Positions 63,887-64,000 of a stretch of DNA of 64,000 nucleotides are shown here, piece by piece (position 1 is the first letter of the stretch; the number at the start of each line of letters is the position of its first letter). The notes under the pieces are model-generated. The model did no database searches. It saw only the letters and a program-made list of their open reading frames with translations, and was not told where the DNA came from. The position numbers and the translations under genes are program-made. Source of the DNA: Eledone cirrhosa (taxonomy: Eukaryota); contig OZ024742.1 of the NCBI GenBank assembly GCA_964016885.1, forward strand, positions 276,024,001 to 276,088,000, given 5' to 3'.

Positions 63887-64000
63887 AGTCCACACTGTAA
63901 AGTGGTCGTATAGGCATCATGACAAAAGACACCCAGTACTCACTGTAAATTAGGTTGGCACTAGGAAGGGCATCCAGCTGTAGAGATTATGCCAAAATCG

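Overview
AT-rich, repeat-saturated animal non-coding DNA. The repeat inventory (tRNA-headed CORE-type and Meta-type SINEs, RTE LINEs with (GAT)n tails, very long (TA)n) suggests a coleoid cephalopod, probably an octopus; that is inference. I found no recognisable host protein-coding exon: every convincing ORF is transposon-derived. Elements seen: about 20 fragments of an RTE-clade LINE whose RT carries an inserted PHD finger (longest 38067-40672, 754-aa open frame); a second RTE lineage; CR1-like, CRE-like and Penelope (GIY-YIG) relics; a non-autonomous Helitron and a Helitron Pif1 helicase relic; piggyBac-, Tc1/mariner-, pogo- and hAT-type MITEs; three SINE families; several minisatellites. 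The less obvious layer is RNA structure. There are about nine Penelope-type minimal hammerhead motifs, two of them (plus two half-motifs) inside long palindromes. A young 888-bp direct-repeat element (46973-47860) carries two copies of a hammerhead core whose strands are in a non-circularly permuted order; this is the top candidate. A strong minus-strand recursive-splice-site candidate (23692/23691) hints that the window lies in a very long intron. All pairings were read by eye, boundaries of degraded elements are approximate, and nothing was folded or searched computationally.
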